Assembly: GCA_965649825.1 (NCBI GenBank)
Contig: OZ287694.1
Coordinates: 1,549,197-1,613,196 of the forward strand
Length of the DNA: 64,000 nt
DNA from: Penicillus capitatus
Taxonomy: Eukaryota; Plantae; Chlorophyta
Direction of reading: 5' to 3'
Positions 13,025 to 25,490 of this stretch are shown one piece after another; the stretch's first letter is position 1; each line of letters opens with the position of its first letter. The position numbers and the translations under genes are program-made. The notes beneath the pieces are model-generated. The model was not told the DNA's origin, did not search any database, and saw only the letters and a program-made list of their open reading frames with translations.

Positions 13025-13915
13025 TCATTTTTGCTCGACACAGGTATACTGTCTGTCCAGTTTCGTGCTGCGACACAGAGGGCACTTCCATTTGAGGTAT
13101 CGCTCTGCGGTCTTGGCATCCAAGTTCACGCACTCTCCACAAAACCATCTCTTGCAGTAGTCACAGTATATCCAGAACGTCCCTTGCCTAAAGACGACGC
13201 ATCTCGCACTTTGTGTTGTGTTGGAGAGATGTGACTTGTAATGCTTATTGCAGAGGGGACAGGGATCGCCGTCGCCATCCTGCCACTCATCTTCTTCTCC
13301 CTGACCTGGTGACGGACTGTCCTGAGATTCTTGCCCTTCGAAAGACGGTTCGCCCAGACGATTGTTAATGTCCTGACTGGAGGTCACTATCTCGAGCAAG
13401 GGTGTCTCCCTGTTCATCATGGTAAAGAGTTGCTCCCTGCATTTGATGTGACGTTTGGCGGAGGGAGCCGAGAGTGACAGACCGTTGCTTATGAGTCAGG
13501 CAGAAGGAGCGGAACAGGGCGACACTTAACAACCAACTCTCCGCATGGACACACACAAACGCCAACCAGGACAGCTTCTGAACAGCTTCCTGCCTTAGCT
13601 CTCTGTTATGCACGACGACGCATCTTACGTCGAGGCTGTCACGCGGACAGTTAATTCCGTTGCACGGCTCGGGGATAACAGGTGGGACTTCATAGGAGGG
13701 TGGACCCACGTGCCAGGTTCCATCTGGATTCCCGAACAGACAGAGTCCTTCTCGATGAGGCGCACAACTGGCAAATAATTCGTCCACTCTACAGAACGCA
13801 CAGTCGTGGCGAGAGGGATGGAATGGAAGGAAGACTCTGTCGTCAGGGCGCGGAGAATGGCGCCGCGTCGAGTGGACCACTCGTCGAAGATGTCGGAGAC
13901 GGAGCGATCCACCAT
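13025..13915 (-). CDS. Alfin-like PHD finger protein (Alfin/DUF3594 domain + PHD)
   Basis: RSVSDIFDEWSTRRGAILRALTT, GLCLFGNPDGTWHVGPPSYEVPPVIPEPCNGINCPRD, WLAFVCVHAESWLLSVA, PHD CPLC...FWIYCDYCKRWFCGEC...WKCPLC. Four short introns. Confidence 0.9.
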
Positions 13916-14520
13916 TTCTCTGTAGAGACGCGAGCTCAGACGAGAGAATGAGCACAAAATCGATCCGTACGCAAAGATGTACGACAAAGAGGAGACGTCA
14001 GCTGCCAGTTTGCAGGTCGGATCTCAAAGTCTGTCAGCGTCGCTGTCAGATAGAATCTCCCGTCGAGGAAGGGACAGACATCTGCGCTAGGTGTGACAAG
14101 GAAGAGTGAGATTGCCCGTCGTGGTGAACAGACGCCGGTCGCTGAGTCCAATCACTACACTTATCGCACAAATCTCCATGCATCTTTTAACCGTACAGTT
14201 CCTTGACCTCGAGCACAGAATCTGGCCGACTGTGTGTTTGAATGAAGAGTCAGCAGGAGATTTGTCAACAGATAAGTGTCCTTTCATAGAAGGACGTCAC
14301 ATTCAATGCAAGCCCGGCAGAAATGCTTCAAAAACCGCAAACTCCTTCACGCGCTCCTGCCAATGCTCGACATCGTTCTCAAGTCAGGATAAGAGTTCAT
14401 TCAATTCCTGGAAGCTCATCGACAACAGACAAAAAAAAGGAAAAATCTGAATCTCCAGCACTTCATCTGACTGCTCTCCGAGAGAACACTTGTTTCTTCA
14501 AAGTGCTGCCGACATCAGTT

Positions 14521-17104
14521 CTACTGAATCTGGGATAAAAGGTCGCCTATCTCTTTCATCTGTTTAAGCAGTTCTTTGATTTTTCCTTCAATGATCGAAG
14601 TCTGATCAAATAGCGACGGCGTCTTTGCCGCTCCTCGCATTGAACCACTTTCTGTCAGTCCTACGGTTGCGCGGATCTCTTGAACTTCTTTCCTAAAACC
14701 CTTAGCCACTTCTTCAATCCTTCCATCCCATACTCTGTTCCTTTTCTTCCGTGTCCCGTCGATTGGAACCAAGTAGTGAAAGTACTTGCACCGATGTCTT
14801 GGCTTCAGGGAGGTCAAACTGTGTATGGAATGACTTGCTTTCTGTACACAATAACGAGGCAAGTTTTTCAGCTTGTTCCAAATCGTCCCTCTGAGACAGA
14901 ACCGTGACAGACAGCAACGAAGTGACAGGCACTTGCCTCGACGATTCCTTTTCGATGATGTCGTGCGCGACTGAGACGAAGGCGGCGCTCACGATCTCCG
15001 CTCGACACATAACCAGCTCTTCCTCCTCCCAATGCTTGATCTTGTCAAAGCTGTCGCTCAGAATGGCGATGAGGAGATTGAGGCAGATGATGGCGCCGAC
15101 AAAGAGGAAGATGGTGAAGAGGACAGAGCGCCAAATACCGATGAAACACGTCTCTTTCATGGAGCGGAATTTCTGCTCTCCGACAACAGACAGGCATTCC
15201 ATCAAGCCATGGAATAAGGCAAACGAGCGGCGCACCTCCTCCTCGAAGTTTCTGACGCTCGCCTGGAAGAGTATCTTCACCGTGTGGGGGAAATCGAGAT
15301 CTGTGTCGTTGTTCTTACACTGATCCTTATGATCATTCAGCATCGAAACGACGGACGAATTCGCGTACGCTGCAGGAGGCGTACCCGATCCAGCTTCGCA
15401 GTCGTTCTTTTGGTTTTCTTTCTGATCGGTGTAGACGAAGATGACCCGGATGGCGAAGGAGAATCCGAACAAAACGGACGCGCCCAGTGCCATGAAAGGT
15501 ACAACAGCTTTGAACGAATCCTTCACCATTGACACAAACGGCCCGGTCCTATCGAAAGGGAGAAGCGCTTCGACGACCTGCGCCACACACAGCAGAGTCA
15601 CGAGATCATCATCTGCAGGATAGACAGACACACCAGAAACCAAACGAAGGCGCACTCGAAGGAGGTGAGGAAGGCGGAGATGTCGTCATGTCTGGGGTGA
15701 CCAAGAACGTGACCATAGCTGTCGTTGTTGTCGTCGTTGTGCAGATTGTATGCACCGAGAACGTGGCAAAGGATAGACACCTTGATCAGGATGCTTATAA
15801 TCCTAGATTCGCCATTCCTGCATCCTTGCTCTCGATGATAGACGGACGCACTTGATGCGCGAGAATCGGATCAGCAAGGAAAACGATGGCACGGCGCAGG
15901 AGGCTATGATGGTGACGATCGAGATCATTTGTCGAGGATCTGCGTGTCTGTAGTGCTTCTTGATATCATTATCCATTCCATAGAACCAAGCGAAGCACGA
16001 AAACAGCGCAGCAGTAAACAAGTCCAAGAAGACGAGCAGGACGAAACGGTTGTACAGAGAGTAGAACATCCAGTTGGCGAGTGTGGTCACTGCCTGAGAC
16101 TTGAAGATGTCGTGAGGAAGATTGGCCGTCCAGATCCGACGAAGCACGTGGTTCCAGGCATAGTACAGTCTCCGTCTACGATGCGTGATGGGGGCTTTGG
16201 AACGACAGATTCTGACAGCGTGCTGATCGATGCAGAAGAACTTGGCCGCCACCTCGACTTGAAAATCGGTTGACGCTTTTAGCTCGTCGGCATGCTCCTT
16301 GCATTCATTTATCCAGAATTCTTTCGCCGTTTCCGAGTCGCTTATTGTAAATTCCTCCAGTTGGTCATCTGTCGTCATGGCGATCGGTCGCCTGCCGTTC
16401 TTGTCGATCAGCGACAGCGGCACCGAGAATCTGGCGTATTCGAAAGCAAAGCTGTCATTCTTGATGTAGTCCTTCATAAGATCGGGAAACTCTTTCATCA
16501 ACGGGAAGAGATAGTTGGTAAGAATGCAGCAGGACTCCTCCACTGGCAACCTCTTCTCCGCCACGCAGTCGAGGATGAACTTCGCGACGAGCTCGGCCCC
16601 GTTGTCCATCGCCCAGTCCAGTGTTCGACAACGACCAGTGCCGATGATGACAAACTTTTTGGCGCTCTGCGCATGCTCAAGCAACAGCAACGCACTCTCA
16701 CGATGTTTCTGGACAATGGCGTCGCAGAGAAGTGGCGTGCCATTCCTAGTCGTCACCATGTCGACAAGCTCCTCTTCGTACTCAATGATGAAACTGCGCG
16801 AACACGTTTGGTCGTTAGCCGAAGCGTTCGTGCGTCTGGACTTACTGATTCGTTATTTCTTCGGTCCAGAAGGGAACGTCGATGTCGATTCGATGCGCGC
16901 CGAAATTGAGGGCATTGTTTTCTTGTCCTGAAAAACAGAAGCGCGTCAGACACCGCGTCCAGAAAGGAACGTGTCCGCCTCGACAAGTCCGTCCATGATC
17001 GATCGCCTACCTGTATGTTCGTTCGGATTTGGTCCAACCGAACGCGCGTGTTGTGAACGTAACGGCGTTGCGAGGCCGTTGGCATCTTCGGAGTACGGAT
17101 GCAT
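14521..17104 (-). CDS. TRP-like cation channel (copy B); multi-exon
   Basis: Exon 1 MHPYSEDANG..., exon 2 IDIDVPFWT (matches copy A), ankyrin-like GTPLLCDAIV / RTLDWAM, pore VKILFQASVRNFEEE, S6 AIICLNLLIAILSDSF, YFHYLVP, coiled coil. Confidence 0.8.
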
Positions 17105-18702
17105 GAACAGGTGGCAGCTCGTCGCTCAGCGAAGTCGCCAGCGAGATTTTGACCACGGTGCTCGATGAGCTTTAGCACGAAGCTGCCTGTATAGCGTTCC
17201 TGACTAATGAGTGCATCAGCGACAGCCGCCATTAATGACAATCGTTACCATCAATCCAGCAACAGATACCCTGCGTCTTGTCAAATCGGTGCGGTACGCT
17301 ATCACAGCTTTCAAACGTGACTGCTCTGAACAGCCAAACGCAGAGAAGCTTACGTCCTGCTTATAATAGAGAAAAGAGAATTCAGAAACAGTTGTCAAAT
17401 GGGAACCTTGCTTCGTAGTGCCTCAAATCTAAAGTATAAAAGGCTCGTTAGTAAATCTGTCATACAGGCGTGAACCTCTAAAGAAGCCGTCGTTGAGGCA
17501 AGCTGCCTGTGAGTGGATGGAATCTCTCTGATAGTGCGTACACGATCATTCGAGGACGTCGACATCTGATGCACAGATACTCAATGCGTGTACTTAAATG
17601 ATCTTACCTTTCTGCGTGTGCCTATTATCGATCAAAGTTCCTCGCGAGTGAAACCAATCGCACTCATAAACGCCGTCGTAGCAAAGGCGAACGCTTTGTC
17701 TGTGACGTCGGTTAACGCGATTGCATTTTGAGTCTTCGTTGCGAACTATCTACTAAAGCAGGTCGCTTCCATCTGTCCCGTCATCGCGTCTGCGCCAGCG
17801 CAAACGATGCGATGCCGAAGTCGATGGTTCTCGCTGCTTTCAGTCGTGACCTCCATCTTCGGGTGACGGATCCCGCAACCGCCGCCTGTTTCTGTCGGTG
17901 AGCCATAACAGCTTCTCGTCCTGTCCATTCTATCCTCGCAGAAACAAGAGTATAACCGCCCACAATGTTGATAGCAGATGTGACGTGTTTCAGTCAGTAC
18001 GCCTGACACGACGTAGAGCTGGAACCAGAAGCCGCCAGACGCAGAATCACGCGACTTCCTTGCGCCCACCAGTCAACATCGCTATCCATACTCACTTAGA
18101 GTCCTCGTTTCTCACAAGTCCGAATCGCTGACGTCGGGTTGACCGACTCGATCTTGACAACAGCAATCCACTGGTTCAGCCGCTTATCGTCGCGTGACGT
18201 GACGTCGTGACCCGTCGACACCACACTCTTCAATCTCTTCTCACCTCCAGCGCCTTCTCAGTTCCGAGTAAAGCGCAGCAACCGACATCCTACATCGGCG
18301 TCGGGTGGACGGGTACAGTCGAGAAAGAGTGATTGAGTGGCAATGAAACAAACAGCACGGCGGACGCAGTCAGTGTATGTAGCATACGTTCGCTGTGACC
18401 CTGTTGTCGAATAAAGAACTCAAACGGGAAAAGAGGAACGACTGCAGCTGTCCTGACGCCTATCGTATGGAGCGAAGCCACAGCAAAAGACTTCAGAAGA
18501 CGGTGAGCCACAGCGACCACTGCGTCGCGCTTCTTTCCGTTTCTGCGTGTATCTTTCGCAAGATAGAGGCGACGGTATTTCGACAGAACAAACGGCAGTC
18601 CTCTTCAAAAAAGTAACAACTTGTCGCGCTGTTGACATTCGTGTAGGTTTTGTAAAGACAGACTGAACAATCTCTGCGCAACGCAGACAACAGCGACAAA
18701 AG

Positions 18703-20157
18703 CTAATCCTCAGGATGAGAAGCATGCAGCTGACGGTATCCTTGACGGTTCTTGCTCCTGCCTTCTTCCAGAAGAGGATCTTTCATGATCATCATGATCA
18801 GAGCCGTGACGAGAAACAATCCTCCGAATACTGAAATAGAAATGCCAGAGCCGAGACTGTCCATAGCTTTGCCAAAAATCATAGGAAACACAATGGCGCC
18901 AATCGTCGTGACGGCGTTGTACATAGAAGCGGCAACGGAATGGATCGATATTTCGCATGAAGACATGACAAGGCCGATGATAAATGGAAAGATAAGATAC
19001 CCAGCCGTCACAGCACTGGTTAACAGTAAGAATCTCAGAATAGCAGATGTGTACTGTGCCCAGATCCAAGAGATCGTCAAGAGTCCGCCGACAGTCGAAA
19101 CGATGGCGGCGACTCGCGTTCGATTGCGTATGACAAAGCGTCGCATCAGTAAGCATAGAATTCCCGAAACGAGAAAAGGGATGGCAGTAAGGAGAATGGC
19201 CATTGCTGCGTTGGCATGCTTGGAACCGCATGTCTTGGAGTCATCGTCATCGTCTTCTCCGTAGACGATGTCTTGAATAATCAGCGTCGCCCAGAACATG
19301 AGGACGCTGTTGACACCGAAGGTAACCAAACCACAGAGCGTAAACATCCGCCAGGATCCATTCGTAACAACGCGCTTCATTTCCTCCCAGAACGGCAGAT
19401 CGCCCTCGCTGTCGTGCTTCCCTCGGTTCACAGCAATCCACTCCTTCTCCTCAGCTTCCAAAAATGAAGCCGTCTCGGGAGTTGCTGGCAAAAATAAGTA
19501 AAGGACGACTGCGTACAGCATGGGCATGATGCCCTCGACGACAAAGAGCAAACGCCATCCCTTAACGTGGACAGAAGGTCCGAGGCTCAGCAGACCTGCA
19601 GAGAGAGGGGACGAAAGGGGAATTGAAAAGGAAACGGCCGAGATGATAACACTGCACGCGTCGGTAACGTGGTCTGGTGGGTAAAACATAGGGATAATGT
19701 ACCAGATCGCTGGAAATGTGCCTCCTTCGGCAAATCCCAAAAGAAAGCGAAGAACGTAGAAATGCGCCCTGTTCTGGATGAACCCAAGGGCTGCAGCGAC
19801 GCAGCCCCACGCAAAAAGGAGAAAAGAAATCCATGACGGCGCACCGAATCGTTTGAGCATGATGTTACCAGCCACTTGCGACAGCAGGTAGCCGACATAG
19901 AATAGACTGACCCCTTTGCCGTAGTCTTCGTGGGTCAGGTTTAGTTCTTGGCAGAGATCGTTGGCGGCGTAGCCGATGTTGCTGCGATCGACAAACGACA
20001 GGAAGGTGACGCCGGCAAGGAGAAGCAGAAAACGGCGGTCCAGTTTCCGAATCGTCGAACGCGCGACGTCCTCTGCGAGAGGAATGTATGCCGCTTGTGA
20101 CCTCGTCGACGACTGCATCGGCGAGAACGTTGATACAAACAAGATGGCAGATCGCAT
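18703..20157 (-). CDS. Major facilitator superfamily transporter, anion:cation symporter (ACS; TNA1/TtuB-like); intronless
   Basis: 484-aa single ORF with about 12 hydrophobic segments. RKLDRRFLLLL, SFVDRSNIGYA, LFYVGYLLSQV, RFLLGFAEGGTFP, GWRLLFVVEG. The start may be 20118. Confidence 0.9.
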   Translation of the reverse strand: MRSAILFVSTFSPMQSSTRSQAAYIPLAEDVARSTIRKLDRRFLLLLAGVTFLSFVDRSNIGYAANDLCQELNLTHEDYGKGVSLFYVGYLLSQVAGNIMLKRFGAPSWISFLLFAWGCVAAALGFIQNRAHFYVLRFLLGFAEGGTFPAIWYIIPMFYPPDHVTDACSVIISAVSFSIPLSSPLSAGLLSLGPSVHVKGWRLLFVVEGIMPMLYAVVLYLFLPATPETASFLEAEEKEWIAVNRGKHDSEGDLPFWEEMKRVVTNGSWRMFTLCGLVTFGVNSVLMFWATLIIQDIVYGEDDDDDSKTCGSKHANAAMAILLTAIPFLVSGILCLLMRRFVIRNRTRVAAIVSTVGGLLTISWIWAQYTSAILRFLLLTSAVTAGYLIFPFIIGLVMSSCEISIHSVAASMYNAVTTIGAIVFPMIFGKAMDSLGSGISISVFGGLFLVTALIMMIMKDPLLEEGRSKNRQGYRQLHASHPED

Positions 20158-20502
20158 TAGAATCTTGACGTGTCGGCGACGTCATCCGTGTTCAGTATCC
20201 GATTCTGTTCGTCTGTGGCTGTCAACGCGGCGTGATCACGTCCCATCCTTCAACGTCTTGTCGATTTCTTCTCTCGTCTTACGCCACGTCACATCCGTCA
20301 CAGGAAAGGACACGTCATTATGTCAGTCGTGTCAGACAGGTTACACAGCGATGTAATAGAAGGTTCACATTGAAGGAAGGTATGTGGGAAGCAGAAGCGA
20401 CAAGGGGGTCTTGCACCAGAAGACATAAATAAATCGATCAGTCGAAGGGGGACAGATATTTCTCGAAGACATGACGTCCAGCAGTGACGGATACGGTTTC
20501 TG

Positions 20503-23500
20503 TCAGCGCTCTTGACTGAACCGTTGGGGCATCTTTTCAAGCGTGTCACGGAGTTTCGCCATCGAGTGGTCGTTCTGATTCGGTTTCTCCTTAAGGACGG
20601 TGATTTCCTTTCGCATTTCTCGAACCTCTGTCTCCATCGCCTGCCATCTGTTCGCCGACTGCTGTTCGTTTTTCCGCAGCTCCGATCGAACCATTCTCAC
20701 CAGTTCGAGGATCTTGCCGTGCCACGTGGCAGTTCTGTCGGCGTCGATGGACTCGGCCGGGACGAGAAAATGAAAGCAACGCTGAAGTGGCTGGACAGTT
20801 ATTCCCGACACGTGGCGCATGCAACCGGGACCGCGAGCAGGAAGATCGGAATCCCTGGCGGCCAGCATCCACCTCATACTTCTCTTTCTGCGACAACAGC
20901 AGGGACTCTTCAGTGTGTGCATATCAATAGGAGTGCTTGCGTCACATGATCTTTCCGGGAATGCCGTTCCATCCGTATCCGATGGCGACAAGCTTGGCTC
21001 GGCACTTGATGAGCTCCGCGTCTTCCGTGAGCTTCACCCTGTCGTACGTGTCGCCCAAGATGGAGATGAGCAGACTCAGCATGACGATATTGGCCACGAC
21101 GAGATAACTGTCAAACAGCAACGATCGACAGACGCCCAGAATGTGGCCCGTCGTCCGGAACGGCTAAACAACGACACGACGTTGGACACCAGAAGCACAC
21201 TTGTTGACTTGCCTCGGAATCGAATTCCCCCAGGGCTGCGTAGAACAACGTTTCGAAGGATCGCAGCGGCGTGCTGAAGTGTCCGTAGTCTTCGACTTCA
21301 AAGACGTCGGCGAACATGATGAGAAACGAGAATCCGAATCCGACGACGACCAGCACATGCAGAATGGCGAACGCCATGATGTCGCGAAAGACATATCGGA
21401 TCATAGAGACCAATGGTCCCGTCGCGCTCAGCGGCTGCAAATAGAACAGGATCTGGAAAACAGCGCCACAGTGACAGAGCAAACAATGGCGGCGAAACTC
21501 ACACAGCTCCAGAAGGACATGCATTCCACGGCCGCGATGACGGCCGACGCCTCGATCCGGGGGTGTTCTCCCGTAAAGATGAGGTATAACAGGATCGCTG
21601 GAACGGTGAACAAGGAGACAATCCTTAGAGCACGCAAGGAGGGATCACTGTGCGAACCATCGACGACAGGGGCACGACCTTATCGGAGGGATGATGCCGA
21701 ACACGGTGAGATAGATGACGAGGAAGACGGCGATGGCGGCGGTCAACCGGATGAACGGACGCTCCTTGACCAAAAAGCAGCCGTCACTGTCGCACGTGCC
21801 CTCGACGACTGTCTTCAAGATCTCCGCGTTGGCGAGACAGACTGAGAACGACACGGCTGCGATGACATGCAGCACGGCGCTGATCAGGAATCCCTTTCTC
21901 AACGAGGTCTGCCAACGCCACTGAACCAACGCTCTTACAAAGGTGGCACTGAAGATGTTGACCGGCACGGTGTCGCGGTTGAGACGCTCGATAAAGTTTC
22001 CGTTCCCCTGGTAGACCATCTCTTCCAGGCACACGAACTTGGAGACGGCCATGGCGTGCACTTCGGATTCCCTCTTCTCTAACTCCTCCTTGAAGGATTT
22101 CTCGTTGTCTGTCCAGAGGGCTCTGGTCTCTTCGCTGTTCGACGCCGTCCAGTTGGACATCGGTGCCGTGACCATAGCCATCGGCCTCTCTTCCCAGTTC
22201 TTCAGAAGACTGAGCGGGACAGGGAACCGGCCGTATTCGAAACATAGCTTGTCATCGACGAGATAGTCGCTAAGGAGCTTCGGAAAGAGTTCCAGCAACC
22301 GGTCCAGGTGAACAGAAAGGATGCTGGCCATCTCGCTCACCGTGGTGCAACGCCTCGCTAGCGTCTCCATCACGAACTCGACGCTCTCCCTCGACTCCTG
22401 GACGATGGCCCATCCCAAGAGGTCGCCGCCATTCCAGCAAAGCGACACCGTCACGTCCACTGCCGATGCAAAATCCAACAGCATTCCTGCACAGTCGTGT
22501 CGCTTCCGCATGACGGTATGGTGCAGAAGCGTCTGCTGTCCTCTCGGCTGCGCGAAGAGAGATCGACCAAACTCAGAGATCAGCCTGCCGAAGCGACCCA
22601 TCTCTCTTATCTGTCGTACTCGTGTCCTCACCTCTTCGTGATTCCTTCGTCGACTTCGGCACCGATGAGATCGAAGAGAGCAGCATCGGGAACCGAAAGC
22701 TGCAGGTTGAGAAGGACGCGCGTCTGGAGTGCGTGCAGATGTCCGTTCTGGGAAACCCTGTTCCAAGGTGGATACGATGGACGACCGTACCTCCACTCGC
22801 CCGGGCCACAAGGCTCTGACGTCACCGCAAAAGTGTGCTTCTCCCGGTGAGGCCTCTCTAAACCACCAAACCGATGTCGCTTAGAACAATCCGCTCAGAC
22901 TCACGAGAGATGTCGTAGATGACGAGATGGTTCAGTCCGGATTCATTCCTGTTCACCATCGCCCTCGTGTTGTCGCGATTCATCCAGATCACCTGTTCGA
23001 AGTTGGACCCCTGAAGGTGGGCGCAGTTGCGCACGTAGTCCGCGATCATATCTTCCCTTGAGCAATTCAACAGAAAGGACACCAGTCTGCTCCTGGAAGA
23101 GTCCCATCCAGCGCTGAGCCTTTTGGCGTCTTCCGAGAGGTGGATGAATGAGGAATCGATAAAGAATCCCACGAAAAAATCGATGCCGCAGGGATAGTGA
23201 AGGCGGCCTCTGTTGACAATCCGAATCCCGTCGTCCAGGCCAAGGACCAGAAACTCCCAGTCTTCAAACAGGGCAAAGGCTTTGGCGGCGTCCTCCGTTG
23301 GCTTCATCCTTCTGAGAGGGGCCGCCGACCTGGACTCGATCCATTGCGTGACCGGCTCTTCTAGACGTGCAAGGCCGACTCTGGTAATACAGACGCTTCT
23401 GTGCTGAGGGACGGCAACGGCGAGCATCTTCCGTTCGCTGTTCGAGTAGAAGACGCCAAAGACTCCGTCTTCGGCAGCGTCCGCCGCCGTCAGATCTGCG

Positions 23501-25490
23501 AGCGGCGCCTGCTTCCACTCGGTGAAGTCGTGAGAGGATGGCTCCCTCGAATCTGCGCTTCTTCGATAGATGCGGATTCTGCAGGGTGCCTCTCGAAGGA
23601 CAACGGCGACGAAGTCTCTCTCCGAGCTGAGGATCACATGCGAGACGTTTGCCGGATCGAGAGAGTTGAGAATGTGCTGGACGCCAGCGAAGACGCCCGT
23701 TTTGACCAGAGACGTCGCGTCTTGTACCAACTGCTGCTTGAGAGCGAAGCCGTCGCGCATTCGTCGTCCGAAGCCGACACGATCATACCGTTCCACGAAT
23801 TGGAGTACCTGCATCGCTGCTTCAACTGTGTTGTTGGGCAGCTGATCATTCTCGCCCGGTGCAGTCGACGGCGATGCGGCAAAGATCTGGATCCTTTTTT
23901 CGATCTCCACCGCGACGACTCGGCCAAGCGGATCGAACTTCACCATGCTGGCGTGGGTAAGGTCGCCGATATCGCCGCGATCCATTTTGCAGAGCTCTTT
24001 TCCGTCGACGAAGGAATAGACCACCCCCTGTCCTTTGTCTACGTCGCAGAGGAACAGCTGCTGCTCGTCTTCAGAGATGTCAAAGTTCCGGCACCACGGA
24101 CCATCGCCTTCTGTCAGCGGAGTCGCTGATCGAAGACACGATGCAGATATATCGATCTGCCATTCGATCTCGTGTCTCTCCAGATCCATGAGAACGATCT
24201 TTGCTCCTCCAGACGATGGCACGTCACAAAACATCGCCAGTCTCGTGCAGGGGAACAGATCTTCTGTGGATAACTGGCTGCTCCCGTACGTCGCTCTCTT
24301 TCCGCGCAGCAGCACGTTGGCGTCGACTACGGTCGCGTCGGCGAGGACATTGACCTCGTCCAAGGATACGTAGAAACAAGGATCTGGCTTCGCGGGAGAG
24401 GCGCTTCGTGATGCGACTGAACGTCGGTCCGAATCCGAGTCCTTTTCGATGTTGTAGACGCAGACGCCTCTGCGTGCCGTCTCCGACTCGACAGATTCTG
24501 GTGCGTCCCACGTGACAGCAGCTGTTCCATCACGCGTCAGCCTGCCGTCATCTCCCTCAAGTGAGACGAATTCCGTCTCGCCGGACGAGATCCCGCAGAA
24601 CAGTGCCATGCAGTTCGCGCTGCCAGACGTTCGTTGCTCTCTGCCAATGACCAGAAGAGCATCGCCGCCACACTGAGCTCGGCGAAAAACGAATTCCGGT
24701 CCGAAGTGTTCGGCGAAGGACAGCATCTTCCACGCCCTCTCCTCTCCTGTCCTGACGGAGAGAACGAGTCCCAGTCCGTTCACCTCGGCACAGCTGACGA
24801 AGATCCGCTGCTTTTCGTCGTCCGAGATGAGACGGATCCTCTCCGCATTCGACAGACTCCAGCCGCCGGGGAGCGGTGGATGCGCCGATCGATCCCATCC
24901 TTGGCGTATGGACCATGCGTTGGAGGTCTGATCATCGTCGATGGAGAAGACAGACTCTGAGAAATCGTCGAAGAACACGATGAACAGCACTGCGCTGCCG
25001 TCGCAGAAGCTGATGGCGATGACTCGCCGATCACTGTGTAAGCGTCGTCGACACAGTTCTGAGAAGTCCTTCGTCTCCCAGACTCTACGACAGATGTGCC
25101 ATTCTGATCATTCCACGAGGCGCCTCACCGAAGGACTCCGTGGTCGTGAGTGAGAAGACGCTCGGCATTGCGAGAGAAGGAGCAGTATGGACGTCCTAAG
25201 TGTTCCAGTGCGTCGTCTGTGGTAGGTTCGATGACAGCAAGGCGTGTTCCACATGCATCTTTTGCATAGGATCGGGTCCGCCGTCCTTTGGCGGAATCTG
25301 TCGTCCATGAGGGAACTGGAGAAAACGTCAGGAGAAAGGGCGGCGCTTCTTTGATGTCGTTACCTTGTGGGTTAGAGTTTGCGAATCCGGAGGTCCTGCC
25401 TGTCTGTCGAGGAGTTGTGGAAGGCACACGGCAGTAGGCGAACGGGTCCGTCTGTCGGCCGCTGTCGGCCAACTGCACTTCCCGTGACAT
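20503..25490 (-). CDS. Large TRP-like channel with an N-terminal beta-propeller (WD40-like) region (copy C)
   Basis: ORFs 25125-25490 and 22858-24990 (beta-rich, e.g. FDISEDEQQLFLCD, KFDPLGRVVAV) splice into QTLLHHTV / DLLGWAI / FEYGRFPVP, pore FSTPLRSFETLFYAALGEFD, S6 IVMLSLLISILGDTY, CFHFLVP and a coiled coil. Confidence 0.75.

Noticed and set aside
12091-13119. 342-aa minus-strand ORF
   Set aside because: Antisense shadow of the purine-rich SURF6 CDS; F/L/S/R-rich with no motif.
17746-18725. Short Cys/Arg-rich ORFs between copy B and the MFS gene
   Set aside because: Only a vague resemblance to the MFS N-terminus; unsupported.
3867-20345. TGTAA chlorophyte-type poly(A) signals after some genes (3867 and 20341 on the minus strand, 13237 on the plus strand)
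   Set aside because: Present after only some genes, and a 5-mer is expected often by chance.
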